NCBI GenBank assembly: GCA_001643675.2
Contig: LSRY02000018.1
Span: 1,116,001-1,180,000 of the forward strand
Reading direction: 5' to 3'
Source: Monocercomonoides exilis PA203
Lineage: Eukaryota > Protista > Preaxostyla
DNA: 64,000 nucleotides
Part shown: in pieces, positions 24,901 to 35,200 of the stretch
How the letters are laid out: each line of letters opens with the position of its first letter
How positions within the stretch are numbered: the stretch's first letter is position 1
Notes under the pieces: model-generated
Told to the model about the DNA's origin: nothing
The model's input: only the letters and a program-made list of their open reading frames with translations
Database searches by the model: none
Position numbers and translations under genes: made by a program

Positions 24901-27900
24901 GTGTGTTTGTGATTCGGGGGGCACGGGAGTGCAAAGTGGAGAAGATGCATGGATCGTCTGTGAGCCTGTGGGGAGGGGCAGTGTTTGAGATTGATTGCGA
25001 GGAAGGGGCAGAATGTTCGGGGGAGAGGTCGGGAGTGGTTGTGAATGGGAGCACATTGGAAGGGATCAAGCGGAATGGGGAAGGAGCGAGTGTGGTGGAG
25101 TGTGGGACGTCGAGGTGTGTGGATGTGGAGATAGTGGGGTGTGTGTTTGAGGTGTGTGTGTCGTCGGAGAGCGAGAAAGGGGGGATGATGATGATGTGTG
25201 TGGAGGAAGGAGGGAGGATTGGGGTGAGGAAGTCGGAGGTGCGGCAGTGCAGCTGCTCGACGAGGAATGGGAAAGGAGGAGGGATGTATGTGAGGAGCAC
25301 AGTTGAAGGAGACGTGGAGATGATGTTTTCGGGGATCGAGTTTGAATCGAACACGGCGCATGTGGGGCGAGACATGTTCATCGAGTGCCACGACATCGGA
25401 TCGCAGATAAATGAGACGCAGTTCAAGCTGGTGCTGAGCAGCGAGGTGTACAACCAAATCAACGCAATCTACGGGATGGATGAATGCGAGCATGCGCTTG
25501 AGCCGGTGAACCTGCTGGAGTTCATTATGACGTACCAGGCAGACACGATATTTGTGTCAGGCAGCGGGGCAGCGGCTGGGCTGGACACAAAGAAGTGTGG
25601 GAGCCGGGCACTTCCGTGTGCTTCGATCGGGTATGGGCTGGGCCACATGACGAAGATATATGAGAGCAAGCTGGTTGTGGATGGGGAAAGCGAGATTGAA
25701 AGCGAAATTGAGCTGGCAGAAGTGGGAGTGCAGTCGAAGTGGAAAGAGCAAGCAGAGGTGCATGTGAGGTCTGGGATGAAGCAGACGAAGGATTGTGTGG
25801 TGGAGAGTGTGGGAGAGGTGGAGTTTGAGCAGCTGGTGTTTGTCTTTTCTGGTTCGTTTGTGTCTTCGCACAAAATGTTCATGGAGGTGGCATCAGGAAC
25901 AGCTGAGCTGAGGAGCATTGGTGTGAGCAGCGAAGGCGAGGCAGGTGTTGGGAGAGTTCCATTTGTGCTGTTTAGCGTCGGAAGCGGGGAGCGCGGCGGA
26001 GAGAGTGGGATGAAGATGTGGGGATGCTCGATTGGAGGGATCAGCTGCGAACACGCGTTGATTGAAATTGGGAAGTGTGGCTCGCTGATGGCAACAGAAG
26101 TGGTGCTGAAGGATATTGAGTGCGCAAAGTCGCTTGTCCAGATTGGGGCTTTGAGCGGGAATGTGTCTGTGAAAGAGGTGGAAGTGAAAAGAGCAAAGTT
26201 GGTGGAGGGTGCAGTGATAAGCCATGTGTGGACTGGAGGAAATGAGAATGAAGACTCAGAAGTCTCATCCATTTGCGGGATATCGCTGAGCCGCTTCGAG
26301 AACATCAGCAGAGAGACAAGCTCTCCATCGGTGATTTGTTGGGAGAGCGGTGCATCAGAGGGGCTGGAATTGGTGAACTGCACGTGCACTGGATGCACAT
26401 CGGAGGCAGAGAGAGGAAAGGATGTTGGCATCTGTGGAGCAAATCATGTGGTGATGGGTGCATGCTTGTTTGCACTGGAAGACACACAAAGGATGGAGAA
26501 AGGGGTGGAATGGGATGGAGGTGTGTGCGAGTGGAGTGGATCGTTGGTGGATTGCATAGACTCATTGGTGATGATGAGAGACACAACGATTGCGAATGTG
26601 TCGTGTGGAGGGCTGTCGATGTGTGGGGGGAGCGTGACGATTGTGAAAGGAGAATTCATCAACAACAACCCATCAATGGCAAAGTACCCTTCGATGCGGC
26701 GGAATGTGCTGTGCAGTGGAAATGGGATGGTGGATGTTCAGAGCCTGAAGGGAGGGGATGGGATGCAGCCGAGCACATCGCTGTGGATTATGGATGGTGG
26801 ATGCGAGCTGATGGGGATTCCAGCAGAACGGGCATCGGCACTGTTCATCCCTCGGTTGGAGACAGTGAATATGGAAGAGAGCGGAAAAGAAATGAAGCTG
26901 ATTCTGGGCGGGATGCTGCTTCTCCCGTGCAATCTGAGCGTGCGTGTTGTTTCTGCTGTTGGGAGCACAGAATCTCTGGAAACATATGAACTGGAAGAGG
27001 AAGCAATTGTTTCAGAGACGGAAGCACATTATTGGATTGAGAAAGCAATGATCTGCTCTGCACCAGCCGAAGCAGAAGTTTCTGTGTGCATTCTGTTTGG
27101 AAACGGTGATTCCCGTTCGTCGACTGCAAGGCATGTTCTGAAGAACCGAACAGAGACAAAAGCAAATGGAGATAAAAAACTTGTTGAAAGTGGAAAAGAT
27201 GTAAAATCATCATGGGCATTGATTGTGATTGTGATATTTGCTGTGTTGTTTCTGATAGCTTTGATTGTTTCAATTGTTCTGGCTGTTCGATGGAGAATGG
27301 CAAAGAATGAAGCGAAAGACCTGAGAGAGATTGTGAATGATACAGTGAGGAAGGATCCAAAAGCATTTGAGATGGTAACGATGGAGATGTCTCCCGAGGA
27401 GCAGTGGAGGAGAGCAGAAAGAGAGGCAGAGAAGAAAAATGACGAGAGGATAAAGAAGAGGGTATATGATAAGACACTGGAACATTCGGAATCATCAGAA
27501 CATCTTCTATCTGAGAGTGGCTCAACTGAATATATTTTGGGGAGAGACTCAGACAAAATCCCAGAATGGGCATTGGAGAAAGAAGGAGAAGAAGAGACAA
27601 GGAAGCGAACGCCATCGCCATCCATTTCATCCACTTCAACAACGGATTCAGATTCGACATTTGTTCGAATGGAGGATATGTGTCCAACAACCTCTTCAAT
27701 GTCGAATCTGGTAGATGCAATGGCCTGTTCATCACCACATGAGAAACTGATTGTGGATTTGAGAGATTCACTATTTATGTTATTGCATGGAAGAAATGAG
27801 AAGAAAGAAATGGCAATTGGGAGCTTGAAGGAGAGGGAGGTGACTTCTGCTCAGATCCTGTTCTGGGTGGCTAATCTCGCTCTTCACTCGTTTGATGAAA

Positions 27901-28577
27901 TGGAAAACAAACTTCAGTCACTGGCCAATCTCAGTCCTCACATTGTACTCTTCTCCGAACACATGGTGATCTGCATTGTGATGCACTCTGATTTCATTTC
28001 ATCTGATGATTCTGATTCATCATCCATCTCTTCATCAACAGTTGTGACATCTGCAAGTGATGATGATGATGACAGTGACTCCCTTCCACCATCAGCATTT
28101 GAGGATGAGGATGATTACAAGAAAGAGTGCTTGAGGTGGATGGCACCAGAATTGCTGATGAACAGGAAGATGGGGGCAACGAAGAAGTCTGTTGTGTTCT
28201 CGATAGGGATGATGCTGTGGGAGTGCCTGACGCTGGAGATCCCGTTTGGGGAGTATCCAGCAGAGGTGGCGGGACAGAAGATAGCGAATGGGGAGAGACC
28301 AGATGTTGCGAGGGCAGGCTCGCCAGATGGAGTGAAAGCAGCCATCGCTTGTCTGTCAATGGGCCGGTACGCCAGGCCAACACTCACAGACTTGAAGCGG
28401 GCATTCATCAGTCATTTTCCGGCTGGCTGTGCTGTTCTGACAGTGTCTGATGCAATTGGGCTGGAGGAAACAACAGACAGAGGCAAAAGAGAAAGTGGAA
28501 GTGCACAAAGTGGAAGTGCACAAAGTGGAGATGCACAAAGTGGAAGTGTTGTGAGTGGATACAGCACATTTGAATGA
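15960..28577 (+). CDS. Giant single-exon type-I surface receptor: signal peptide, pectin-lyase-like beta-helix repeats, eight CG..[PG]C modules, TM helix, cytosolic TKL-like pseudokinase
   Basis: 4205-aa ORF with signal MVLFFLLQLFCCVDVFA, GGAI/GGG+Y repeats and TM WALIVIVIFAVLFLIALIVSIVLAV. Kinase C-lobe motifs LRWMAPE and VFSIGMMLWECLTLEIPF are present; HRD and DFG are absent. Confidence 0.9.
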   Translation: MVLFFLLQLFCCVDVFASGLKNIKEENQIERHFVTSEPQNYTITPKNKINEHCQVRTCAHLVNSSLVLSRSCLLKGSGKVVETVDVLSEMKISDCELEAEGVMGSSFFVSVAGVVEMNNISVGSGKQGMCVNSLFSNRQIGRKDGASGSVLLKSSNFLSLSVSEGPFIDAYGTNSIWMCETVFSNISVERKVGGHRNAGRDGCQTTMVGCCFVSMEDVFYGSIVNPDCCAMSHLNSINNTYTNINRVRNANQTYSDVEGHQSLNCSGFFEDDTFIKCTAAYGGAISITGIESALTATRCQFQKCSARNNGGAISGERMLSTRVNSSVFNNISGGENTSIGYGGCLHFLEVLDGSLIENSVFNNNSQYSAGGSIYLRALSGYQYLNTPDSISNCSFMNSTVRGGNEGCIGYEQTKSHFTITELYCKNSCCPHEAGSLYFVIIPGNNHSDSKVSFCFFHNNTCGANFNGNDVYVQDGSGLFLGDKFVECFSTTLSNRLFHALKGTQNEWIPLFDTRFVDVVSGDDEEWTCGMRADQPCKTVKGALDHSGEEHSWVVKVGSEITYESGMEIGGKVVGIESTEHSREARNAMMWNGEGGRLFGIGAGRLKIGWMNVSVKMAGWVSVSVFVMSGDGELRVDESVVGCVCDGEDCGMERAVFVLGGGETRIVSSLIVGMRFRMGGSVFGMSGRARVVMEGSEVSGVVKTEGNGSVVERVVGEGEVFEFDNCTVRGCECREGDGGGIYVCVKKGGKVGVGNSTSTENTVEFVGCQAGSGGGERGGRGGRGGGVYLRVEDEDVDLCVKNVGFVENRGEEGKDLFVESGDLKGCVNVKRFVHVKEWSNGSVESCVGVDEKWPDVMIPLVFYVMEREERVVVGSGGHDVSACGFMEYPCRSVWYSMEQQGGGRKEVVVVGEYRMEENVLFGGGQEYVLNGGGREGERAEVVVVGSTSGAAGVVTIGGVGRMEELGLVLEAELAEEGMSVASVSGDGGEVEMAKCTVRGDGCENGVGFSFVRASGGKVTLSELEVFVVAGYEESRSFVEVSGGGCIVSVRNSSVEGGGGGGGKRSRFLKSEGAGSVELWNSTLRGIVVGGGDGGIVSGVVGLGQKISIDGGTLNGVCMEGNGGGVEVVVSDGGTVEVGRRLSTEFSLCSAGMRNEGGGVGGGVGVGRGGFGGGMMVKMEEGSREIYVKIVKFSGCSAGKAGRDIFMEAEKLSEVVDSERMGWITNMSDRAGAMGYENGCEHGIPLVLYLQPEPSVIAIGGAESWDFERCGYEGAGCRTLDYAMEKRGSILGLRSTIEMSVSLEREHVIGEGTVVVEGKGAGCVVDVGGSGEKKQDGLVVNKATTTIGNVGIQVPCGLNGRRSFVKSIGGALTMRSVVVVAKEGSMVGFRIVEATGGSVILSQVEMSGICFGECPFCEARDEGWVTVSSCTVSGCSTTCGGGLVHVEGGGSMSVQGSELTGVGRVDGGRAVCGKGGKSVEILNSNMSLWKVGDGDGGAAYVEVGEGSVFEWKGNVVRDSISEGGCGGGLKIGVEGSGKVRVGQSGVVTKFVGCRALKKENRGGCGGGVAMEFIGEGEVGRDYLVEGLTFEDNMAERGAKMFVEAEELWRVATAESVKVGGVEAAGTSNEHVGFDKGEELDVPLWVCVSEWEEPGYVGEEGVDYRVCGFERYPCGSVGFAIGARFGVGKVHIRLVESYMIRAEIVAERQEVDIEGAVEGAGVGVARDVEGGGECVFGTRGGVGRFGGMKMGVPSSFAPARRSLFCCSGGELCVEKWEMEAEGGAATYCVAECTAGLMTLRNVTVKDVNILTETGVVVVVVKGDGAKGVIDLLVLENITGGGRGGLVELGGGATAKWGNSTVGSCVFGEHGAVRFERGVSMEMGNNTFEGVARESGKGGVMEGVVGGLEKVVVKDCRLIEVECREGSGKGGGGYVEVEEGGEFLFDSNRVWGNKVNSGDGQGGGMYLVLGSRNVKYSVKMVEFGENEAYEGKNAYVVCADARALVNEKWWSGSARESDGEEKQLWVYDEASGRSLSMLPYLFPADEAIVFVNGGEGSNTKDCGEEVRPCLDVVYGVKQMGEGQRIVQIVGNGRVDGAVKGKGGWLTIQGKKETRALVAVGREGHLELTGEAGMVGLMLSRLRFCLPCTSTHGEVIEVRAGECSIVNCSFEAGEEGAGAGGGAETTGMGMWIGRGSGGSLEMSGIRIEDIRLGAGCGVFDVEGGEVSVEGAFIGGVDGEGSSVIVCEKCERVNVSGVDMGNCSCGEAVVVLRGVKRGWIGNGSMVDGCVSSKGKGGWLRWEASEEEEEEEEEKENEKEEEEGEVMIEGIEVKGCVAEGEEGKGGGIWMRLNGRKEGELLLRDVVFGRNRAREGRDLYVECESLNRTVKAEWIVNVVCGEGEGEGEVEMRGRDREHFFGEAVDLMMFVRQYVSRSVCVGRKGFDMVGCGSTAYPCATFWRGFMNTEASSEKKEMIIDGECEVRRSYDLSRFVIRSAGGASGEEKMGTLKFGGGLDEEAGGGGEGVVRNMEGLKVEKIKFLVGAQLPGSKGCVIYSYSYVGGVELSESIVEEEIGVWLGFSFVVVECGELTVRGCVVKGIWTLAPVLKVSVAGSGLIENTQFEDVSIGDSSVVEVVGTGSKGGGRWNGENRMAVNGCSFVGLKSEVGGEGVVLRGSVFGEVVVNGCKVEDVFAGGSLRGGGIGICVKGEGRMEVNGTSVKKCMCERRSGKGGGMYLMCTEALRELPFGVKNMIFGGNEAWMGRNMFVVAADLNGSVNEESLNVLLEGMGWDEKSFCGEDEMVGVVDLLMFVMSYESSTVHVSTRGLDVRRCGSEKEPCKTFYGGFMHIGGEGEEDDGEKKVVVEDASVMREGYDLSGFGIEGGDGEVETGKKAILLMENGGAGGESEAWMENRGRLGIREIGIEVGKGFESRKGAIIVNEGGKLELGKCEFVSESSANMPGRYSFVVCMGGEMEAEEVRVKDVFCERSVFVIRGARECKVEKMHGSSVSLWGGAVFEIDCEEGAECSGERSGVVVNGSTLEGIKRNGEGASVVECGTSRCVDVEIVGCVFEVCVSSESEKGGMMMMCVEEGGRIGVRKSEVRQCSCSTRNGKGGGMYVRSTVEGDVEMMFSGIEFESNTAHVGRDMFIECHDIGSQINETQFKLVLSSEVYNQINAIYGMDECEHALEPVNLLEFIMTYQADTIFVSGSGAAAGLDTKKCGSRALPCASIGYGLGHMTKIYESKLVVDGESEIESEIELAEVGVQSKWKEQAEVHVRSGMKQTKDCVVESVGEVEFEQLVFVFSGSFVSSHKMFMEVASGTAELRSIGVSSEGEAGVGRVPFVLFSVGSGERGGESGMKMWGCSIGGISCEHALIEIGKCGSLMATEVVLKDIECAKSLVQIGALSGNVSVKEVEVKRAKLVEGAVISHVWTGGNENEDSEVSSICGISLSRFENISRETSSPSVICWESGASEGLELVNCTCTGCTSEAERGKDVGICGANHVVMGACLFALEDTQRMEKGVEWDGGVCEWSGSLVDCIDSLVMMRDTTIANVSCGGLSMCGGSVTIVKGEFINNNPSMAKYPSMRRNVLCSGNGMVDVQSLKGGDGMQPSTSLWIMDGGCELMGIPAERASALFIPRLETVNMEESGKEMKLILGGMLLLPCNLSVRVVSAVGSTESLETYELEEEAIVSETEAHYWIEKAMICSAPAEAEVSVCILFGNGDSRSSTARHVLKNRTETKANGDKKLVESGKDVKSSWALIVIVIFAVLFLIALIVSIVLAVRWRMAKNEAKDLREIVNDTVRKDPKAFEMVTMEMSPEEQWRRAEREAEKKNDERIKKRVYDKTLEHSESSEHLLSESGSTEYILGRDSDKIPEWALEKEGEEETRKRTPSPSISSTSTTDSDSTFVRMEDMCPTTSSMSNLVDAMACSSPHEKLIVDLRDSLFMLLHGRNEKKEMAIGSLKEREVTSAQILFWVANLALHSFDEMENKLQSLANLSPHIVLFSEHMVICIVMHSDFISSDDSDSSSISSSTVVTSASDDDDDSDSLPPSAFEDEDDYKKECLRWMAPELLMNRKMGATKKSVVFSIGMMLWECLTLEIPFGEYPAEVAGQKIANGERPDVARAGSPDGVKAAIACLSMGRYARPTLTDLKRAFISHFPAGCAVLTVSDAIGLEETTDRGKRESGSAQSGSAQSGDAQSGSVVSGYSTFE
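28493..28548 (+). repeat. In-frame 15-bp tandem repeat (SGSAQ x ~3.7) at the receptor C-terminus
   Basis: AAGTGGAAGTGCACA x2, AAGTGGAGATGCACA, AAGTGGAAGTG. Confidence 0.9.
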
Positions 28578-29277
28578 GGAGAGAAGACCAGGGATGGAGG
28601 GAATGGAGATAAACGAGAAGAAGAGAAGCAAAGGAATCTCCAAATCAGTTGAAGGAAATGAGACTAGATTTGATGAAATGATTATGTGCTTCGGGAAGGG
28701 GAAGATACAAGAGGGATATGAATATTTCGAAAAAAAAAGAAAAGAAATAAGATGAAGATGCTGTGCAGGATCTGTCTGCATTAATGGATAGCAGAGTTTT
28801 TTTGAAGTGTGTTGCTGTTCGTGAATGAGAAGGCAGATGACTGTTTACACTTTTTGTTTGATGGCAACTGTGCTGTCGGTGAATCACTTCATCCACTTCA
28901 AACAACAATCATAATATCCATGTATTCAATAACTGAAATCTTTTTTTCTTTTTTTGTTTTCCCCAAGAAACGAATGAAAAAGGAAAAATTGAAGAAATGT
29001 GTGTTTTCATAATGAATGAGATATGCAAAGAAGCAATAGGTGAAAAAAAAACATTGAATAAAGATTAGTATTGTTGGCTTTTTCACACATTTTAAAAATT
29101 TGTTCACACAAGAAAGTGAAATGAAATTTTCAAGTTATGGTTTAAAATAAACTTCAGTCCACTGCAATTCATCCATAATTTTCGAAATTCTTTCGAAGAA
29201 AAATAAAATTAAACACTTTTTATAAACATAGGACTTTATGAATTTTTGCGAATCTAATGAGGCGGATGAGCGTTGCT

Positions 29278-32200
29278 TCAATTCTTTTTGCTTTTAACCA
29301 ATTTTCTTTGCTTTTTCGTTTTTTCTTTATTTTTTTGTGTTTCGCTTTCTTTTTCATGTATTTTCGCTTTTTTCACAACCTTCTGTATTTGTGGCTTTCT
29401 TTGAACCTTGTGAGCCATTTTTCTCAACTTATCGGTCTTCGCATCTTTCTCAGCATTTTTGACTGTTGCAATTTGGTTGTCTTCTGCAGCAAGCCCTTTA
29501 AACTTGCTTTGCTTATCTTTTTCTTTTTTTTCAATCTGCTTCCTTTCAACATCTGCATCCTCAGCATTCGAATTTGTTGAAAAGAAGCTTTTACTTCCAG
29601 GAAATTCATGAGTTTGATTTATTTCGTTTCTTATTTCTTCTGTTTCCGAGTTAGATTTGTTGTATCTGTTCATTTTTTGTCCTTCTTTCAACTCATATCT
29701 CTTTTTTGATTCTAAATTCTTATCGATTTTAATTTTTGCTTTTTCATCTTCTTTTTCTGTCTTTATAAATAGTTCTTTATTTCTATCTTCGAAACTGTTC
29801 GCATCATTATTTTTTTCATCGACTTTTACAACTTCAACTTTGAATTGTTTGATGCCATTTTCACCTTCACTTTCTCCTTCTTTTTTATTTATTTCCTTTA
29901 CACGCTTTCTCTTCTCATATCTCAAGCTCTGACCTTCTGTTCCTCTATCCTCATCTTTCAATTCAGCCATAAGGATCCTCAACACTTTCTCCATTTCTCT
30001 TACTCCTTTCTCGTTCAACTCATTCAACTCCTCTGAAGATCCAATTTTATCAACCTTTGCCCGTTCGCCACAATCATCAAATGCCCACTCTGCGACAAGC
30101 GGACGCAGAGTCGAAAGATGTGTTGTTGTGTCCCATTCATTTGCAATAGAAGGAGAACGCGGGGAAGAAGAAAGAAGAGGAGATGATGCAGCAGCTGATA
30201 TGGAAGAAGAAGGAGATGCATTTGAAAGAGGAGGTGAAGCTGAGAATGCTTTTGAATCATCAGAGTTTCTATTTGACATTTGATCAGTTTTCAGTTGTTG
30301 TTCGCTTTGCTTTCCATTTGGATGGCTTTGGCTGTTGATGCGACGCATTTTGGAGCACAACAAACAGCGCGAATTGTGTAGTTCCTCTCGAGAATTACCA
30401 GAAACAGAGGAAGAAGGAGCTGAAAACGATGACTGATGAAGATAATATTCAGAATCATTCTCATTCAACTCATTCTTCAATTCTGGTTTTTCCTGCTCAG
30501 TAATAGAATTGGCCGATGCTGGAAAAGCCAACAAAGCACGAGGATCAGCATTTGCATTATGCAACTTGCGCTGAAGACAGATCCGCTGCTTGTTGATGGG
30601 TGAGATGACCCACTGAACACAGCTGTCATCTCCAATTGCAGGAGAAGTCTGAGAAGAAGAGGAAGAAGATGATGTTGTTGAAGAAGAAGGTGAAGTATTT
30701 GAAGATGAAGAAGGAGTCGCAATTGAATGCGGATGTAGATGCAATGGATCCAGCGGATTTGACAGCAAAGACGTCGCCTGAATGGAGTCTGCTCTTTCGT
30801 CCTCCTTCTTTGCATCGTAGACAACCCCAACTGGATACACCATCACTCGCTCTTCTTCACTCAGCCTGTCATCCACAAGCCCCCTGCGCAGCTCTTTCAG
30901 CTCATCATCTCGAAACCACGGCTCTTCAAACACATCTCCCTCATCAGCAGCATCGCCTTCATTGCCACCACCGCTTCCACTGCTCTTGCTTCTGCCTTTC
31001 TTCATTCCTATCCTTTCTCTCTCTTTCTCTCTCTCTTTCTTCTTCTCTATCTCCTTTTCCCTTAGCTGTGCCCGTAGCCCCACTGCCTGCTTCCTGCGCA
31101 AATACCACATTCCTGCCTCACCATACTCGATAGTCGTTCCACACCCAACGCAATGCAACAGTTGCCCCGATGAACAAGGCGAAGAAGGATGAATGTCGCG
31201 GCAAAGATAGCGATTGTGCATTGTGACAGCGACAAGCGGAGATGGTGATGCAGACGAAACCACAAATGGTCCGAGTGTTATGTTGACTGGAGAATATGGC
31301 GGAAGCACAGCTGGGTTGATAACAGTTGCTGATTGCAGCGGCTGAGAATGTGGAGAAGAGGAAGATGAATCAGGCGAATCAGAAGAAAGTGGCTGATATT
31401 GCTGGCTGGTAAACATATCTTCGCATTTCAGTGATAATCCCTTCGGAAGATCTGAGGAAGTTGATGATGATGATGATGAAGCTTGAAGAGCTCTCGAAGA
31501 AGAAGACGATGATGCAGCCAGAGCATCAACCACATCCTGTCTTGTTTCTTCTCCTTCTTCCATTTCATAGCCGTCTACCACAACAGACCCCGGCGGAAGC
31601 ACAAACCGCACAAAGTAGATCCCATCTCCCAGCCCGTTGAAGCAGAACCCGCAGTTTTCTGTGCGAGTGGCAGCGACTTCAACTCTTTCGCTGTTCAGCA
31701 GCACGACAAACACACCCCGCAGCGAGTGGATTGTGCTGAACGAGCCACACGTTGGACACAACGTCCGCGACGGCAGATGGCGCGGAGACGAAAACAGAGG
31801 CGACGACGAAAGAGGAACAGCAGATGAGCTAAATGAAGTCGGAGATGCGACGGTTGCTGCTGCACCATTCAGCAACGTCTGAGTAGATAACTCAGAAGAA
31901 GTCGGTTTCTTTTTGTCGCCCGTTAATGCTTGATCGTTCAGACGTCTTATTCGACTGTTTTTCAAACCATTTGCTCTTTCTTTTCTTTCGTATCGCAACT
32001 TCCTCTCGTTCCTCAGCGCTTCCATCCTTTCTTTTTGCTCCTCGCTTGCCATCTGCGTCTTTTCTGTGCTGAATATCTTCTCCTTCTCTCTGTTGTAGTC
32101 TGACAGCAGTTCAGTCCTCATCTTCCCTCGTGCTGCTTCTGCTGCATCCACATTCCCCATCTTTCCAAAGCCCAACGACGACAGAATATCCCCCGCTGAT

Positions 32201-35200
32201 GGTGACTGGCCAAATTGTGGCGTGTCTGCTCTTCCTGCTTGGAGAGGATAAGGAGCACGGCGTGAGGGAGAAGACGACGAAGAGGAAGGAGAGTATGAAG
32301 GATTTGGCGGGCCAATTGGAGGCTGATAAGCAGACGGAGATGAAGGAGTTGTTGATGAGGGCGAGGAAGATGACTGGGCAGGTGGCTGCATCACAGTCGG
32401 CTGGCTTCCTCCTCCGTCCTGTACTCCATTGTTATTGAAGCTGTCTTCTTCTCTTTCTCTTTCCATTTCTCTTTCCTTTTGCAGCTGCCTTTCCTTCTCC
32501 TGTGCCATCAACTTCATCATTTCTGGAGTGGCCTTGTGGCAGTAGTGAGCATTGGGGCATATTTTGCAGAGAAGATTGACTTTTCCACAGAGCGAAGAGC
32601 GGAGGGGAGTTACAGGCACATCCACAAACGCTGATGAAGAAGCAGACACAAACACAGAAAACGAGCGGAAGGGAAGCGACGATTGAGGCGGAGGAGGAGG
32701 AAGAGGAGGGCAAAATGAAGAAGAAAAAGAAGAGCCTTGTTGTGCACCGTTGAGCGACTGGAGCGATTGGAGTGAGGTTTCGCTGTCAGAAAAGAGAGGA
32801 ATGCAGTTGAATGACTGGGAAGGTAAACGGTTGATGAATGGCATGCTCAGCTCAACAGGGTTTGTTGTGTGGATGTTGACATGTGCATTTGAAGTGCCTT
32901 CTTCGCTGTCTTCGTCGCCCATCAGCCCAAACACAATTCGTTCAAACAGCTTTTCGCGGCTGGCTGGTTCGTTTGGCTGAGAAGATAGAAGAGGATTGGA
33001 CACGCTCGACGACAGCTTCCGAAGAGATGCCAAAGAAGAAGATGATGACAGCCTGGAAATAGGAATTGGTCCGACAATAACTGTAAATTCAACAGGAGTG
33101 AGTGATTGTGTAACGTTTGTAAATGAAAATCTTCCGTTGTTGTTTGTTGTGGTCTGTGCAATCAGAATTTGTGAGCGATACAGCTGCACAATAATACCTG
33201 AGATTCCGTTGCTCCAAAGATCAGAAAGCAAAGAAGAAGAAGGCGAAGAGGAAGAAGATGACGATCCAACAGTGTTTTGTGTGTTGTAACTATCCACATA
33301 ATACACAATACCATCAATCCTATTCGAGCACGCTGAAACACACGAGAACTGGAAATCTGCTCTAGCAAACGATGCGCCCTGCGACACAGCGCCTGAAGCA
33401 TTCCCCTGTTCGCCCACGACGACCGTCTGAGTGAGGATGACAGGCGGCACACACAGCGGCGACTGGGCAATGAGTGTATACACTCCACTGGGAACGTTGC
33501 TGAGCATGTACATCCCATCGGCGTCGCTAATTGTGCCCAGAACAGTCCCATTTGGCAGAGTGAGAGAGAGATGCGTGCCTTTCGCCGGCCGCTCGCAGAT
33601 GCCGCGGCGCTGGCAGTCGATGCACGTCTGACCGATGACGCCTCTTCTCGTGCCACACAGAGAAGGATCATTCAGAGCGAGGTCGAGTGACACATTTGAC
33701 GACGGCTGAAGGAGAATGCGGGTGACGAAGATGAATTTGGAGGAAGAGGAAGAGGAAGAAGAAGCGGATGTGAAGGGTCCAATGAACAAGTCGTATGTGC
33801 CTGGTGGAATGAAGTAAAAACGTGCTATGCCAAATCCATCTGTATCTTCATCGAAGATCAACCTTGTTGTGTCTAATCGAATGCTCTTTTTGGAAGCATC
33901 TCCCTCAGCCCCGCCTGCACCTGCTTCTCCATCCTCTTCTCCTTCTCCTTCTCCTTCCTCCACTCTTCCTCTTCCCACCACCTCCTCTTCCCCGTCTTTC
34001 ACCTCCCTCAGCTCAATCGTCTTCCCCACAATTGGCTGGAAGGGCTCGTCACAGACGCCATCGCTGTCACAATCCAAACAGGCAGAAACAGTCAAATTTG
34101 TCGCATTTGCCGGCGGAGGAGGGACGGGCGGGTCGCAAACAGCAGCACAATAGAGAGGAAGGTGGAGGGCAGCCACAGATGCTGGATGAGGAGTGAAGGA
34201 GAGATTCAGAAATGTACCGCCTTCAGACGAGAGAGTGAAGAGGGCACGTTCAAATGAAGAGGAAGAAGACAAAGAAGAAGATGAAGACGATGATGATGCT
34301 GCTGTTGTTGGACAGAATGGTCCCATTGACAGTGTCACCGCTGGCTCTGGTGAAAGCGGGACAAAAGGGACAGTAAACAAGAAAGAGCCGTCTCTGTCAG
34401 TGATTGTGGAGATAGTTTGCTCGTTGATGGTCAAATAGACAGGCACGCCCACCAGAGGAGGCGTGTATTCTGTTTGAGAAGGGTCATCGGGATCGATTGG
34501 GACTGTTTGGCATCTTCCTGTTCTGTTGCAGTCTAAGCAGGCGACGCCTGCAATGAGAGAGGTGCAGAGAAGAGGGTTTCGGATGCGGATGTCGTGTGCC
34601 AGTGACTCATTGGCTGTGAAGGAGATGACATCTGAATATTGCACTTTCATTCCAGTTGGCAGCTCGCCTTCGAAATATGCTGTGTAGTTTCCGACTCCGA
34701 TGCCTTCAAACGAATATAATCCATCTACAACGGCAGCTGTCACATTGGTGATGGCATAAGACGCTGCTGCTGCCAAAGAAGAAGAAGAAGAAGAAGGTTG
34801 AGAAGGAGATGAATAGAAACGGAGGTCTATGCTTTTTGCCTGCTGTCTTTGTGAAGGAGTAGCTGCTGCCGTGCGTGTGGTTGTTGTGGTTGTCGTCGTC
34901 GTCGTTGTTTGAACAGGAGCTTTTCCGCTTCCTCCTCTCACTTTCGTCTTTGTGGTGGTGGAAGAAGAGGATGTTGCTGATCCGTCTGTTGGTGCTCTGC
35001 TTCCACCAACACGAATGGATGTGGGAGAAGAAGAAGAAGCAGAAGAAGCATAAGGAGAAGCCAATGTTCTTGGATTAACACCAGAAGATGAAGAATACAA
35101 GGCATCTGAGTCAGCCAGCAGCACATTCGCATCGACCAGAGTGATTGTGCCGTTGAGAGCCAGCTGCGTCTCGTTCTCATCGCCACACACCAGCCACACA

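Noticed and set aside
17450-27771. Many long antisense Pro/Ser/His-rich ORFs over the giant gene
   Set aside because: They are by-products of the G-rich sense strand, which removes stop codons from the reverse frames; no domain signal.
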